From: Anaeromyxobacteraceae bacterium
Lineage (GTDB): Bacteria > Myxococcota > Myxococcia > Myxococcales > Anaeromyxobacteraceae
DNA: 64,000 nt
Assembly: GCA_047602405.1 (NCBI GenBank)
Contig: JASGHJ010000002.1
Span: forward strand, 3,008,001 to 3,072,000
Direction of reading: 5' to 3'
A model generated the notes under the pieces. The model did not search any database and was not told the DNA's origin. It saw only the letters and a list, made by a program, of their open reading frames with translations. Positions 1-9,345 of the stretch are shown here, piece after piece; position 1 is the stretch's first letter, and every line of letters begins with the position of its first letter. A program made the position numbers and the translations under genes.

Positions 1-1971
1 GCCGCGCTCGGCCGCGAGGTGAAGCTCGCGCGGGCGAAGCTCGACCTCTTCCCCGAGACGCGGGTGGCGCTCGAGGGCTTCTCGGTGGCCGGCCGGCCGG
101 GCGAGCCGGAGCTCGTCACGCTCGACGCGCTCCGCCTCGAGCTCGCGCTGTGGCCGCTCGTGCGCTCGCTCGGCAAGGAGCTCGAGATCCGCGAGATCGT
201 CCTCGCCCGGCCGACGATCGCGCTCGTGAAGGGCAAGGACGGCACCTGGAGCTACGAGGGGCTCGGGCAGGGCCCGGGCGCGAAGGCGGAGGAGCCCGCC
301 ACCGCGCCGTCGTCGGGGGGCGCGGCGCCGGCGGTGGCGGTCCGCACGTTCCGCATCGAGAAGGCCGCCATCAAGGTCGTCGACCGCTCGCAGGGGAAGG
401 ACGACGCCGGGATCGCGCTCTCCGAGCTCGACCTCGAGGCCCACGAGGTCGGCGTGGGCCTCCCGCTCTCGGCGACGCTCCAGGCCGCGCTCGCCTCGAA
501 GACCCAGAACCTGCACGCGACCCTCTCCGTCTCGAAGGTGCCGGGCGCGATCCCCGCGCGGCCGGAGGACTGGCCCACCCTCCAGGGCACGCTCGCGATC
601 GGCCCGCTCGCGCTCGACCGCTTCCGCGCGCTCTTCCCCGCCCATCTCGCGACGCTCGTGCGCGGCGGGACCGTGAAGCTCGACGCGCGCCTGTCGACGC
701 GCGAGGACCGTGCCTACCGGATCGAGGGCGACGGCCAGCTCGCCGACCTCCGGCTGCGCGGCCAGGCCGCCTCCGGCCGCTTCCGCGCCACCGCGACCTG
801 GTCCCCGGCGGCGCCGGGCCAGGCGCGGGTCGACCTCGCCGACCTCGCCGTGCGCGGTCCCGGCGTGGACCTCGGCGGCAACGCCTCGGTCGAGACCGAG
901 CCGATGCGCGCCTGGTTCGTCGTGACCGGGCCGCTGCTCGACCTCGACGCGCTCATGGGCGTGCTGCCCGAGAGCGAGCCCACCCCGCCGCCCGCGCCCG
1001 GCGAGGATCTCGTCCCGGCGAGCACCCGCGGCCAGCTGCGGGAGACGGCGCTCCGCGGCCAGGTGGCCATCCAGGAGGTCCGCTCGGGCGGGCTCACGCT
1101 CACCGACGTGAAGGGCAAGGTGTCGCTCCAGGGCGGCGTCATGACGCTCGACGAGCTCACCGCCGCGCTCTTCGGCGGCCGGGTGGAGGCCTCCGGCACG
1201 AAGGTCGACCTCGGGAAGAAGGAGCCGACCTGGACGCTCGCGGCGAAGCTCGCCGGGCTCGACGTGAAGCAGGCGATGACGGCGTTCTCGCCCGGGAAGG
1301 TCGCCCCGCTCGAGGGCAAGCTCGACGGCACCGTGAGCGTGGCCGGCGCCGGCATCGACTGGGCCGCCATGCGCGACCGGCTCGACGGCTCGACCTCGCT
1401 CGGGATGAAGGAGGGCGCGCTCGTCACGACCGACGTGGGCGACAAGGTGCTGGGCGGCCTCTCGCAGGCGCTCTCGGCGGCCGGCAAGGGCGGCGCCGCG
1501 GAGAAGCTCTCCGGCGCGAAGGGCGGCCGGACCGAGTGGAAGGACCTCGCGGGCGACTTCGCGATCACCGAGGGCGCGCTCGTCGCGAAGAAGCCGGTCG
1601 CGTTCCAGAGCGGCGCCGGCGCGGTGACCCTCGGCGGCAAGATCGGCCTCGACGGCAAGCTCGGCCTCGAGGGGCAGGCCGCGGTGCCGAAGGCGGTCCT
1701 GGGCGCGCGGCTCGAGTCGCTGAAGCTCCCCGCCGCGCTCCCTGCGACGCTCGTGGTCCCCATCGGCCTCGGAGGGACCCTGGGTTCACCCTCCGTCGAG
1801 GTGGACGCCGGGAAGGCGGTGGGGGGGCTCCTGAAGGGACAGGTGGGCGCCGCGAAGGCCGCCGCGACCGAGAAGGCCAAGGAGGAGGCCGCGAAGGCCG
1901 CCGACCAGGCGAAGGGCGCCGCGAAGAAGGCGCTCGGCGGGGCCCTCGATCGTCTGCGCCAGAAGAAGTAG
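1..1971 (+). CDS. AsmA-family protein (5' end probably outside the window)
   Basis: Frame is open from base 1 to TAG at 1969-1971. AsmA-like N-terminal segment (LELALWPL...LEIREIVLARPTIAL) and C-terminal segment (LGGKIGLDGKLGLEG...VPIGLGGTLGSPSV). Confidence 0.75.
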   Translation, partial: AALGREVKLARAKLDLFPETRVALEGFSVAGRPGEPELVTLDALRLELALWPLVRSLGKELEIREIVLARPTIALVKGKDGTWSYEGLGQGPGAKAEEPATAPSSGGAAPAVAVRTFRIEKAAIKVVDRSQGKDDAGIALSELDLEAHEVGVGLPLSATLQAALASKTQNLHATLSVSKVPGAIPARPEDWPTLQGTLAIGPLALDRFRALFPAHLATLVRGGTVKLDARLSTREDRAYRIEGDGQLADLRLRGQAASGRFRATATWSPAAPGQARVDLADLAVRGPGVDLGGNASVETEPMRAWFVVTGPLLDLDALMGVLPESEPTPPPAPGEDLVPASTRGQLRETALRGQVAIQEVRSGGLTLTDVKGKVSLQGGVMTLDELTAALFGGRVEASGTKVDLGKKEPTWTLAAKLAGLDVKQAMTAFSPGKVAPLEGKLDGTVSVAGAGIDWAAMRDRLDGSTSLGMKEGALVTTDVGDKVLGGLSQALSAAGKGGAAEKLSGAKGGRTEWKDLAGDFAITEGALVAKKPVAFQSGAGAVTLGGKIGLDGKLGLEGQAAVPKAVLGARLESLKLPAALPATLVVPIGLGGTLGSPSVEVDAGKAVGGLLKGQVGAAKAAATEKAKEEAAKAADQAKGAAKKALGGALDRLRQKK

Positions 1972-2026
1972 ACCCGCGGCACGGGGACCCAAGAGGGTGG
2001 TCCCGAGTTGAGGCAGACTAGGGCTC

Positions 2027-2041
2027 GACCGGTTACCGGTC
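2027..2041. promoter_or_regulatory. Palindrome GACCGGT-T-ACCGGTC upstream of the DUF3015 gene; possible operator
   Basis: 7-bp perfect inverted arms around one central base, about 70 bp before the ATG at 2114. Confidence 0.3.
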
Positions 2042-2113
2042 TCCCTGGTTGAGCGCAGTTCAGTTCACCTGCACCGCTTCACCGGAAGTCCACCCCCCAA
2101 GGAGAGCCATCGC

Positions 2114-2626
2114 ATGCGCAAGCTTCTCGTCGTCGCCGCCGTCGCCTTCTTCGCCGTCCCCGCGTTCGCCCAGGTCAAGGGCGCTGGGAAGTACGGCACC
2201 GCCGGCTGCGGCCTCGGCTCGATGATCTTCGCCGACCAGCCCGGCATGGTGCAGATCTTCGCGGCCACCACGAACGGCACGTTCGCCAACCAGACCTTCG
2301 GCATCACCTCCGGCACGCTGAACTGCGGCTCCGGCATGATGGCGATGGGCACGAAGAACTTCGTCGACGCGAACCGCGAGGCCCTCGCGAAGGACATCTC
2401 CCGCGGTCAGGGCGAGGCCATCGGCGCGCTCACCGTGATCAACGCGTGCGAGGACTCCTCGAAGGTCGGGGCGGCCCTCCAGGCGCAGTTCAAGTCGATC
2501 TTCCCGACGGCGCAGGCGACCAACGACGAGGTCACCGCGGCCATCCTGAAGACGCTGACCGATCCGGCCGTCGGCTGCGGCAAGATCTCGATCTCGGGCG
2601 GCTCGACGCCACCTTCGTGGTACTGA
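2114..2626 (+). CDS. DUF3015-family secreted protein
   Basis: Signal peptide; AGCGLGS, ATTNGT and FGITSGTLNC motifs; GGAG RBS at 2101-2104. Confidence 0.8.
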   Translation: MRKLLVVAAVAFFAVPAFAQVKGAGKYGTAGCGLGSMIFADQPGMVQIFAATTNGTFANQTFGITSGTLNCGSGMMAMGTKNFVDANREALAKDISRGQGEAIGALTVINACEDSSKVGAALQAQFKSIFPTAQATNDEVTAAILKTLTDPAVGCGKISISGGSTPPSWY

Positions 2627-2635
2627 GGAGCGCGG

Positions 2636-4570
2636 ATGACCCGATCGGTCGCCGCGCTCCTCGTCTTTCTGGCCGCCGCCGTGCCCGCCCTCGCCGGCGC
2701 GGCGCCCGCGGATCCCGCTTACCTCTCCGAGCTCGTCGCGCGCGCGCGCGAGCGGAAGCTCGCCGACGACGTCGGCTGGCTCCGGCTCGGCCACTGGCGC
2801 GCGCGGCCCCTCGGCGGCTGGAAGAGCGAGATCGACGGCCGGGACTTCTTCCTCGCCGCGGACGGCAAGACCGACCCCGCCGCGGAGCTCGAGGCGACGC
2901 TCGCGGGACTCCTCGAGGGGGAAGCCCGGCCGGACGAGCTCTCGAACGCGCGCTGCAGGTTCCCCGGCCGCGAGGCGTTCCTCGCCGCGCGGCTCGGCCT
3001 CGACCCCGCCCGCCTGCCCGAGCGCGCCTGCCCGAGGCGCGACGAGTTCCTCGGGCGCGTCGCCCCGCGCGCCGTCACCTACGTCTTCTCGTCCTACTAC
3101 CTCAACAACCCCGCCTCCGCGTTCGGCCACACGCTGCTGCGGCTCGACCGCACCGGGACCCTCCGGCAGGGCAAGGACGGCGAGCTCCTCGACTACGGCG
3201 TCGACTTCTCCGCGAGCGTCGACACCTCGAACGCGGTCCTCTACGCGGCGAAGGGGCTGCTCGGGCTCTTCCGCGGCGAGTTCAAGGCGTACGCGTACTA
3301 CTACAAGGTCCGCCAGTACGGCGACTACGAGTCCCGCGACCTCTACGAGTACGAGCTCGCGCTCGAGCAAGCCGAGGTGGACCTCCTCGCGAAGCACGTC
3401 TGGGAGCTCGGCGGCACCTTCATCCGCTACTGGTACCTCGACGAGAACTGCGCCTACCACCTCCTCGGCGCGCTCGAGGCGGCCGCACCGCGGCTCGAGC
3501 TCCTGCGCTGGCTGGGCAAGGCGGTGGCCCTCCCGTCCGACACGGTGCAGGCGCTCTTCCACAACCCCGGGCTCGTGCGGCGCGTGCACCACCGGCCCTC
3601 GGTGCGCACGCAGTTCCGGGCCCGCGCCGCGGGGCTGCGCGGCGACGAGCCCGCCCTCGTCGAGGAGCTGGCCCGGAACGCCGCGACGCCGATCCCCGAC
3701 GCGCTGACGCCCGACCGCAGGGCCGCCGTGCTCGACGCCGCCGCCGACCTCCTCGACCTCAGGAACGCCCGCGCCGTGCTCGCCGGCACCGACCGGAAGG
3801 TCCTCGACGCCCGCCAGCTCCTCCTCACCCGGCGCGCCGAGGTGCTCGCGCCGAGCCCGCCGCTCGTCCTGCCCGACTCGTCGCTCCGCCGCCCGGAGGC
3901 CGGGCACCGCTCCGTCCGCGCGGGGCTCGGCGGCGGCGTCACCGACGCCCGCGGCGGCTACGCCTCGCTCGACCTCCGCCTCGCGCTCCACGACCTCGCC
4001 GACCCCCCCGACGGCTACCCGCCCTCGGCGCAGATCGAGTTCCTCCCGGTCCGGCTGCGCTTCTACCCCGACGGCCGGCGGGTCGAGCTCGACGACGCCT
4101 CGATCGTGCGCGTCTACGCCGTGAACCCGCTCGACCGCTTCGACCTCCGGCCGTCCTGGCGCATGCGCGCCGGCGCCACGACCCTGCGCGACGGCGGCTG
4201 CAAGGGCTGCCTCGTGGGCGCGGTCGAGTTCGGGGCGGGGCCGGCGGTGACCGACGTGCTCGGCTTCGCCGACGCAATCCTCCTCGCCGACACGGAGGTG
4301 CTCTCCGGGCCCGGGCTGGCCGGGATCCGCGACGCGCCGGTGCGGGCCGGGCTCGGGCCCACCGGGATCCTGCGCCTGCGGGCGGGCGCGCGCGCGACCT
4401 TCCTCGCCGAGGCGCGCTGGCAGTGGCTCCCCGAGGCCACGCCGCGCACGACCCACTCGCTCGCGGGCACGCTGCGCCTCCACCTGGGCCGCGACCTCTC
4501 GCTCGCGATCGAGGCGCGGAAGACCCCGGGCGACCGGGAGCTCGGCGGGGCGGTGCTGGGGTACTTCTGA
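2636..4570 (+). CDS. DUF4105 (Lnb N-terminal-like) domain protein with probable C-terminal beta-barrel
   Basis: Signal peptide; CRFPGR, PASAFGHTLLR and YWYLDENCAY motifs; ends in GYF. Confidence 0.8.
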   Translation: MTRSVAALLVFLAAAVPALAGAAPADPAYLSELVARARERKLADDVGWLRLGHWRARPLGGWKSEIDGRDFFLAADGKTDPAAELEATLAGLLEGEARPDELSNARCRFPGREAFLAARLGLDPARLPERACPRRDEFLGRVAPRAVTYVFSSYYLNNPASAFGHTLLRLDRTGTLRQGKDGELLDYGVDFSASVDTSNAVLYAAKGLLGLFRGEFKAYAYYYKVRQYGDYESRDLYEYELALEQAEVDLLAKHVWELGGTFIRYWYLDENCAYHLLGALEAAAPRLELLRWLGKAVALPSDTVQALFHNPGLVRRVHHRPSVRTQFRARAAGLRGDEPALVEELARNAATPIPDALTPDRRAAVLDAAADLLDLRNARAVLAGTDRKVLDARQLLLTRRAEVLAPSPPLVLPDSSLRRPEAGHRSVRAGLGGGVTDARGGYASLDLRLALHDLADPPDGYPPSAQIEFLPVRLRFYPDGRRVELDDASIVRVYAVNPLDRFDLRPSWRMRAGATTLRDGGCKGCLVGAVEFGAGPAVTDVLGFADAILLADTEVLSGPGLAGIRDAPVRAGLGPTGILRLRAGARATFLAEARWQWLPEATPRTTHSLAGTLRLHLGRDLSLAIEARKTPGDRELGGAVLGYF

Positions 4571-4575
4571 GACGA

Positions 4576-4603
4576 GAACGGCCGCCCCTCGGGGCGGCCG
4601 TTC
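4576..4603. terminator. Hairpin between convergent genes, likely terminator
   Basis: GAACGGCCGCCCC-TC-GGGGCGGCCGTTC perfect inverted repeat. Confidence 0.65.
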
Positions 4604-4604
4604 G

Positions 4605-4640
4605 GTGCAGCGACGCTGTGCAGCGACTCCGTGCAGCGAC
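4605..4640. repeat. 3x GTGCAGCGAC with 13-bp period
   Basis: Copies start at 4605, 4618 and 4631. Confidence 0.75.
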
Positions 4641-4656
4641 GACCAGCGGACGGCGG

Positions 4657-4914
4657 CTACGTCGTCTTCTTCTCGTCCTTCTTGTCGCCGTGGTGGCCGC
4701 ACTTGCAGCCGGCGCCGCACTTGCACTCCTTGCCCGCGGACTTGCAGCCGCAGTCGGCCGGCTTCGCCTTGTCGTCCTTCTTGTCCTTCTCGTTCTCGGC
4801 CATCTGCTTCTTGTGGGCCGGGCAGTTCTTGCAGCCTTCCTCCTCACCGGCGAAGGCGGGGGCGGCGGCGACGAGGGCGAAGGCGGCGAGGAACGCGAGG
4901 GCGAGCTTCTGCAT
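4657..4914 (-). CDS. Small secreted Cys/Lys-rich protein (metallothionein-like)
   Basis: Signal peptide ending APAFA; CKNC and CGCKSAGKECKCGAGCKCGHH; GGAG RBS. Confidence 0.7.
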   Translation of the reverse strand: MQKLALAFLAAFALVAAAPAFAGEEEGCKNCPAHKKQMAENEKDKKDDKAKPADCGCKSAGKECKCGAGCKCGHHGDKKDEKKTT

Positions 4915-5059
4915 GGGCGGTTCTCCTTCGGAGGCGCCCGGGAGGCGCCGACGGGTGGAACGGGAAGCCTAGGCGGACCTCGTGCTGCGGGTCAACCGGG
5001 CGCCCGCCATCTCTGGGTCCCCCCGGCGAGGGAGCGATGTGCCTACATTCCCACCCCGC

Positions 5060-6248
5060 ATGCCCGACCTCGATCCCGACCGCCTCCTCGCGCTGCTCCG
5101 CGACCCGCACACGGAGAGCCTCGAGATCGCGAAGCTCGCCGGCGTCCCGCGCGAGGAGGCGGGGCGCGCCTCGCGGCTCCTCGCGCAGCTCACCCGCGCG
5201 AAGCCCGACGAGGTCGCGTCCTTGCCGGGCCCGCTCGCCGCCGCACTCGGCCGCGCCGCCGCCTCCGCGGGCCGGGCCGACGTGCTCGCCGCCCTCGCCG
5301 GCCACGCCGCGAAGGAGGTCGCGAAGGAGGCGAAGCGCGGCCTCCACCTCCTGAGGACGCGGGGCGTGCAGGTGCCGGAGCTCCCCGCGCCCGCGACGCC
5401 CGCCCCCGCCCCGGCCCCCGCGGAGCCGCCGCCGCCCGGCCTCGCGTCGGCGCCGGATGGCCACGGCGAGCGCGGGCTGTGGCTCCTCAGGCCCGTGCCG
5501 GGCAAGGGCTACGAGATCGCGCAGGCGGTCGTCTCCGACGTGCTCGGGCTCGTCGAGCTCTCGGTGGGCGTCCTCTCGAAGAAGGAGTGGCGCGCCTTCG
5601 CGGCGGGCCTGAAGGAGCGCGGCGCCGGCATGGCGATCTGCGAGCTCCCCGCAGGCCGGGTCCAGGCGCTCCTCCAGGCGGCGCGGGCGCTCAACGACGC
5701 CTCCGGGCAGCGGCTCCCGGAGGGCGCGGACCTCTGGCTGTCGCGGCTCGGCCCCGCGCCGGCGGCGCCCGAGGAGCCGCCGCGCCCGGCGCTCGCGCCG
5801 CTCCCGCCCGACGAGGAGGCCCGGGCGCTCGCGGCCTCCGGCGACCTGCACGCGACGCCGATGTTCCGGGGCTGGCTCGCCGACGAGGCGCACCTGCGCG
5901 CGGTCGCGGCCCGGCTCGACGAGGTCGCGGTCTCGCAGCTGTACGTGGACGAGCGCCAGCGCGCCGAGCAGGCCGACCGGATCGTCGCCGAGGCGGCGGA
6001 GGCCTGGCTCGAATCCGGCCGCTCGCGCGCGGCTCGCCTCGCGCCTCGCGGCCGCGGCCGAGCTCCTCGACCGCACGGGCGACGCGGCGCGCGCCGCGGT
6101 CGCCGCCGCCGTCGCGCGGGCGGCGGAGGCGGGCCGGCCCGCGGCGGCCGTCCCGTTCCTCCGGGCGCTCGTCGAGAAGGCCTTCCCGGCCCGTCCCCCG
6201 AGGGCCCGGGCGCGGCGCCGGGCCGAATTGACCCAGGCATCACGCTGA
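5060..6248 (+). CDS. Hypothetical protein with apparent +1 frameshift at ~6012
   Basis: GC3-rich codons from ATG 5060. Removing one A at GAATC 6011-6015 restores LDPAARARLASRLAAAAELLDR...PFLRALVEKAF. The exact 3' end is uncertain. Confidence 0.6.
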
Positions 6249-6265
6249 GATAGGTGAAGCGGCTC

Positions 6266-6688
6266 ATGCCGCCTCCGCCGGGCCCATCCCCGACCGTCGA
6301 CGTCGTCATCCTGCTCCCCGGCGACCGCGTCGTGCTCGTCGAGCGGAAGTACCCGCCGCCGGGGTGGGCGCTGCCGGGCGGCTTCGTCGAGATCGGCGAG
6401 ACGTGCGAGGCCGCCGCGGTGCGGGAGGCGAAGGAAGAGACCGGCCTCGACGTGACCCTCGTCGACTTCGTCGGGCTCTACTCCGACCCCCGGCGCGACC
6501 CGCGCCACCACACGGTCGGCGCCGTCTACCTCGGCCGGGCCGACGGCGAGCCCGCCGGCGGCGACGACGCGGCCCAGGCGCGCGCCTTCCGCTGGGACGC
6601 CCTGCCCGGCCCCATCGCCTTCGACCACGCCGAGATCCTCCGCGACGCGCGCAGGCTCGTGCTCACCGGCGCACGCAGGCTCCCGTGA
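6266..6688 (+). CDS. NUDIX hydrolase
   Basis: Nudix box GGFVEIGETCEAAAVREAKEETGL. Start could be 6254. Confidence 0.9.
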   Translation: MPPPPGPSPTVDVVILLPGDRVVLVERKYPPPGWALPGGFVEIGETCEAAAVREAKEETGLDVTLVDFVGLYSDPRRDPRHHTVGAVYLGRADGEPAGGDDAAQARAFRWDALPGPIAFDHAEILRDARRLVLTGARRLP

Positions 6689-7245
6689 CCGCGCTCGGCC
6701 CCGACGACCGCGCGGCGCTCCTCGGCATCGCCCGGGCCGCCGTCCTCGCGCACCTCGGCCGCGGGTCCGCGGCCGCACCTCCCGCGTCGGGGCCGCTCTC
6801 CGAGCCCCGCGCCGCGTTCGTCTCGGTCCACGTCGCGGGCGACCTGCGCGGCTGCATCGGCACCTTCGCGGCCGATCGCCCGCTCGCCGAGACCGTGGCG
6901 CGCGTCGCCGTGCAGGCCGCGAGCGAGGACCCGCGCTTCCGGCCGCTCGCGGCCGCCGACCTCGACGGGCTCGTGGTGAGCGTCTCGGCGCTCGGCCCGC
7001 CGCGGCCGGTGCCCGCCGTCGAGGACCGCCCTGCGCTGCGCGTCGGCGAGCAGGGCCTGCTCGTCCGCCGCGGCTGGCACCGCGGCGCGCTCCTGCCGAA
7101 GGTCGCGGTGGAGCAGGGCTGGACCGCGAAGGAGTTCCTGAAGCACGCCTGCCTCAAGGCGGGGCTGCACGCCCGCGCCTGGGAGGAGGCCGAGACGGAG
7201 GTGCTCGTGTTCGAGGCGGAGGAGTTCTCGGAGGGGGCGGCGTGA
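6685..7245 (+). CDS. AMMECR1 / AmmeMemoRadiSam protein A
   Basis: LRGCIG, DPRF and LLPKVAVE motifs; GTGA overlap with the NUDIX stop. Confidence 0.85.
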   Translation: MTALGPDDRAALLGIARAAVLAHLGRGSAAAPPASGPLSEPRAAFVSVHVAGDLRGCIGTFAADRPLAETVARVAVQAASEDPRFRPLAAADLDGLVVSVSALGPPRPVPAVEDRPALRVGEQGLLVRRGWHRGALLPKVAVEQGWTAKEFLKHACLKAGLHARAWEEAETEVLVFEAEEFSEGAA

Positions 7246-8297
7246 GCACGGCCCTCGCCATCGTCGCGGCGGTCCTGGGCGTGTCGCTGCTCATCGTGGT
7301 GCACGAGCTCGGGCACCACCTCGCGGCCCTGCGCTCCGGCATGCGGGTCGAGCGCTTCAGCGTGGGCTTCGGGCCGGTCGTGACGTCCTTCCGGCGCTGG
7401 GGCACCGAGTTCGCCATCTCGGCCCTGCCGCTCGGCGGCTACGTGAAGATCGCCGGCATGGCGCCGGGCGACGAGGTCGCCCCGGACGACCCCGCCTCCT
7501 ACGCGAACCAGCCCGCGTGGCGGCGCTTCGGCGTCATCCTCGCCGGGCCCGCCATGAACTACGTCACCGCGGTGGTGCTCGCCGCGGTGCTGCTCGCGAC
7601 CATCGGCCTGCGCGGGCCGGACGCCTCCGCCCGGGTGGGCACGGTGCTCGCCGGCTGGCCGGCGGCCGAGGCGGGCCTGAAGACCGACGACCGGATCCTC
7701 TCCGTCGACGGCGCGCCGGTCGCCGACTGGGCCGCGCTCGTAGCGCGGTTCCAGGGGAGCCCGGGGCGGCCGCTCACCCTCGAGATCGAGCGCGGCGAGG
7801 GCGCCGCCGCGACCCGCACCACCGTCGTCCTCACCCCGCGGGACGTGAAGGGGCGAGGCCGGGTGGGCGTGGGCCAGGGGGCGGCGCTGCAGCGGGAGGC
7901 CGGCCTCGCCGCCGTGACGTCCGCCTTCGCCCGCACGAACGCCTTCGCGCTCGCCCAGCTCGCCGCCTTCGGCGCGATCTTCAAGGGCGCGCAGGGCGCC
8001 GAGCTCTCCGGGCCCATCGGGATCGCGCAGCAGCTCGTCTCGGGCGCCCGCGACGGCGCCGCGCCGTTCATGGCGCTCGTCTGGCAAATCTCGATCGTGC
8101 TCGCGATCCTCAACCTGCTCCCGGTCCCCGCCCTCGACGGCGGGCGGCTCGTGTTCCTGCTCATCGAGATGGTGACGCGCCGCCGGGTGAACGAGCGGGT
8201 CGAGAGCGTCGTGCACTTCGTCGGGTTCGTGCTCCTCGTCGCGCTGCTCCTCGGCGTGACGGTGTTCGGCGATCTCGCGCGCCTGCTCGGGAGGTAA
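7242..8297 (+). CDS. rseP: RseP-like M50 intramembrane zinc protease with PDZ domain
   Basis: HELGH, LGGYV, AGPAMN and NLLPVPALDGG motifs. Confidence 0.85.
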   Translation: MSTALAIVAAVLGVSLLIVVHELGHHLAALRSGMRVERFSVGFGPVVTSFRRWGTEFAISALPLGGYVKIAGMAPGDEVAPDDPASYANQPAWRRFGVILAGPAMNYVTAVVLAAVLLATIGLRGPDASARVGTVLAGWPAAEAGLKTDDRILSVDGAPVADWAALVARFQGSPGRPLTLEIERGEGAAATRTTVVLTPRDVKGRGRVGVGQGAALQREAGLAAVTSAFARTNAFALAQLAAFGAIFKGAQGAELSGPIGIAQQLVSGARDGAAPFMALVWQISIVLAILNLLPVPALDGGRLVFLLIEMVTRRRVNERVESVVHFVGFVLLVALLLGVTVFGDLARLLGR

Positions 8298-8303
8298 GCC
8301 GCC

Positions 8304-8957
8304 GTGGCCGTCACCATCCTCTACTTCGCCGCCGCCCGCGAGGCCGCCGGCATGGCCCGCGAATCCCTCGCGCCCGCGCCGGCCACGGTCGGCGCGCTCC
8401 GGGCCGCCCTCGCGGCGGCGCACCCGCCGCTCGCGCGGATCCTGCCGCGCTGCCGCATCGCGGTGGACCAGGCGTTCGCCGCCGACGACGCCCCGCTCCG
8501 GGACGGCGCCGAGGTCGCGCTCGTCCCGCCGGTGGCCGGCGGCGCGCCCGTGTTCCGGGTCGTGGACCGCCCGCTCCTGCTCTCCGAGGTCGTCGACGCC
8601 GTCTCGGGCGTGGGGCTCGGCGGCATCGTGACCTTCACCGGCACCGTGCGGAACCACGCCCACGGCCGCAAGGTGCTGCGCCTCGAGTACGAGGCCTATG
8701 CCGAGATGGCCGAGCGGACGCTCGCCGGCATCGGCGCCGACGTCGCGAAGGAGCACGGCGCCGAGGTCGCGATCGTCCACCGGGTCGGGGTCCTCGAGCC
8801 CGGCGAGGCGGCGGTGGTCATCGCCGCCGCCGCGGCCCACCGCGGGCCCGCCTTCCGGGCCTGCGAGGCCTGCATCGAAAAGCTCAAGGCCGACGCCCCC
8901 ATCTGGAAGCGCGAGGTCTACGAGGACGGCACCGAGTGGGTGGGGCTGGGGCCGTAG
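8304..8957 (+). CDS. Fused molybdopterin synthase MoaD-MoaE
   Basis: MoaD part (ILYFAAARE...PPVAGG) fused to MoaE part (LEYEAY, HRVG, PIWKRE). Confidence 0.9.
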   Translation: MAVTILYFAAAREAAGMARESLAPAPATVGALRAALAAAHPPLARILPRCRIAVDQAFAADDAPLRDGAEVALVPPVAGGAPVFRVVDRPLLLSEVVDAVSGVGLGGIVTFTGTVRNHAHGRKVLRLEYEAYAEMAERTLAGIGADVAKEHGAEVAIVHRVGVLEPGEAAVVIAAAAAHRGPAFRACEACIEKLKADAPIWKREVYEDGTEWVGLGP

Positions 8958-8982
8958 TGCTAGGCTGGGCCCCGGCTCCCCC

Positions 8983-9345
8983 ATGAAGGTCCTCATCGCC
9001 GACGACGACCGCCTCATCCGCGCCATGGTCTCCGACCTGCTCACGGAGCTGGGCCACGCGTTCGTGGTCGCCGAGAACGGCAACGAGGCCGTGGCGCTCG
9101 CCGCCCGCGAGGCGCCGGACGTGCTGGTCCTCGACTTCCTGATGCCCCGGCTCTCCGGCCTCGACGCCCTGAAGGCGATCCGCGCGGCCGGCAACACCGC
9201 ACCCGCGATCCTGCTCTCCGCCATCAGCGACGCCTCGGTGCGGGCGGTCGAGGGCGCGGCGCAGGTGGAGGTCGTCCTCGAGAAGCCCGTGACGAAGAAG
9301 GCGCTCGAGCGCGCCCTCTCCCGCGTGAAGGGGGAGGCCCGGTGA
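8983..9345 (+). CDS. Single-domain response regulator
   Basis: VLIADDD, LVLDFLMPRLSG and LEKP receiver motifs. Confidence 0.9.
   Translation: MKVLIADDDRLIRAMVSDLLTELGHAFVVAENGNEAVALAAREAPDVLVLDFLMPRLSGLDALKAIRAAGNTAPAILLSAISDASVRAVEGAAQVEVVLEKPVTKKALERALSRVKGEAR

Noticed and set aside
6685..7245. Complete AmmeMemoRadiSam system
   Set aside because: Only the AMMECR1 component is here; no Memo-like gene or matching radical SAM gene nearby.
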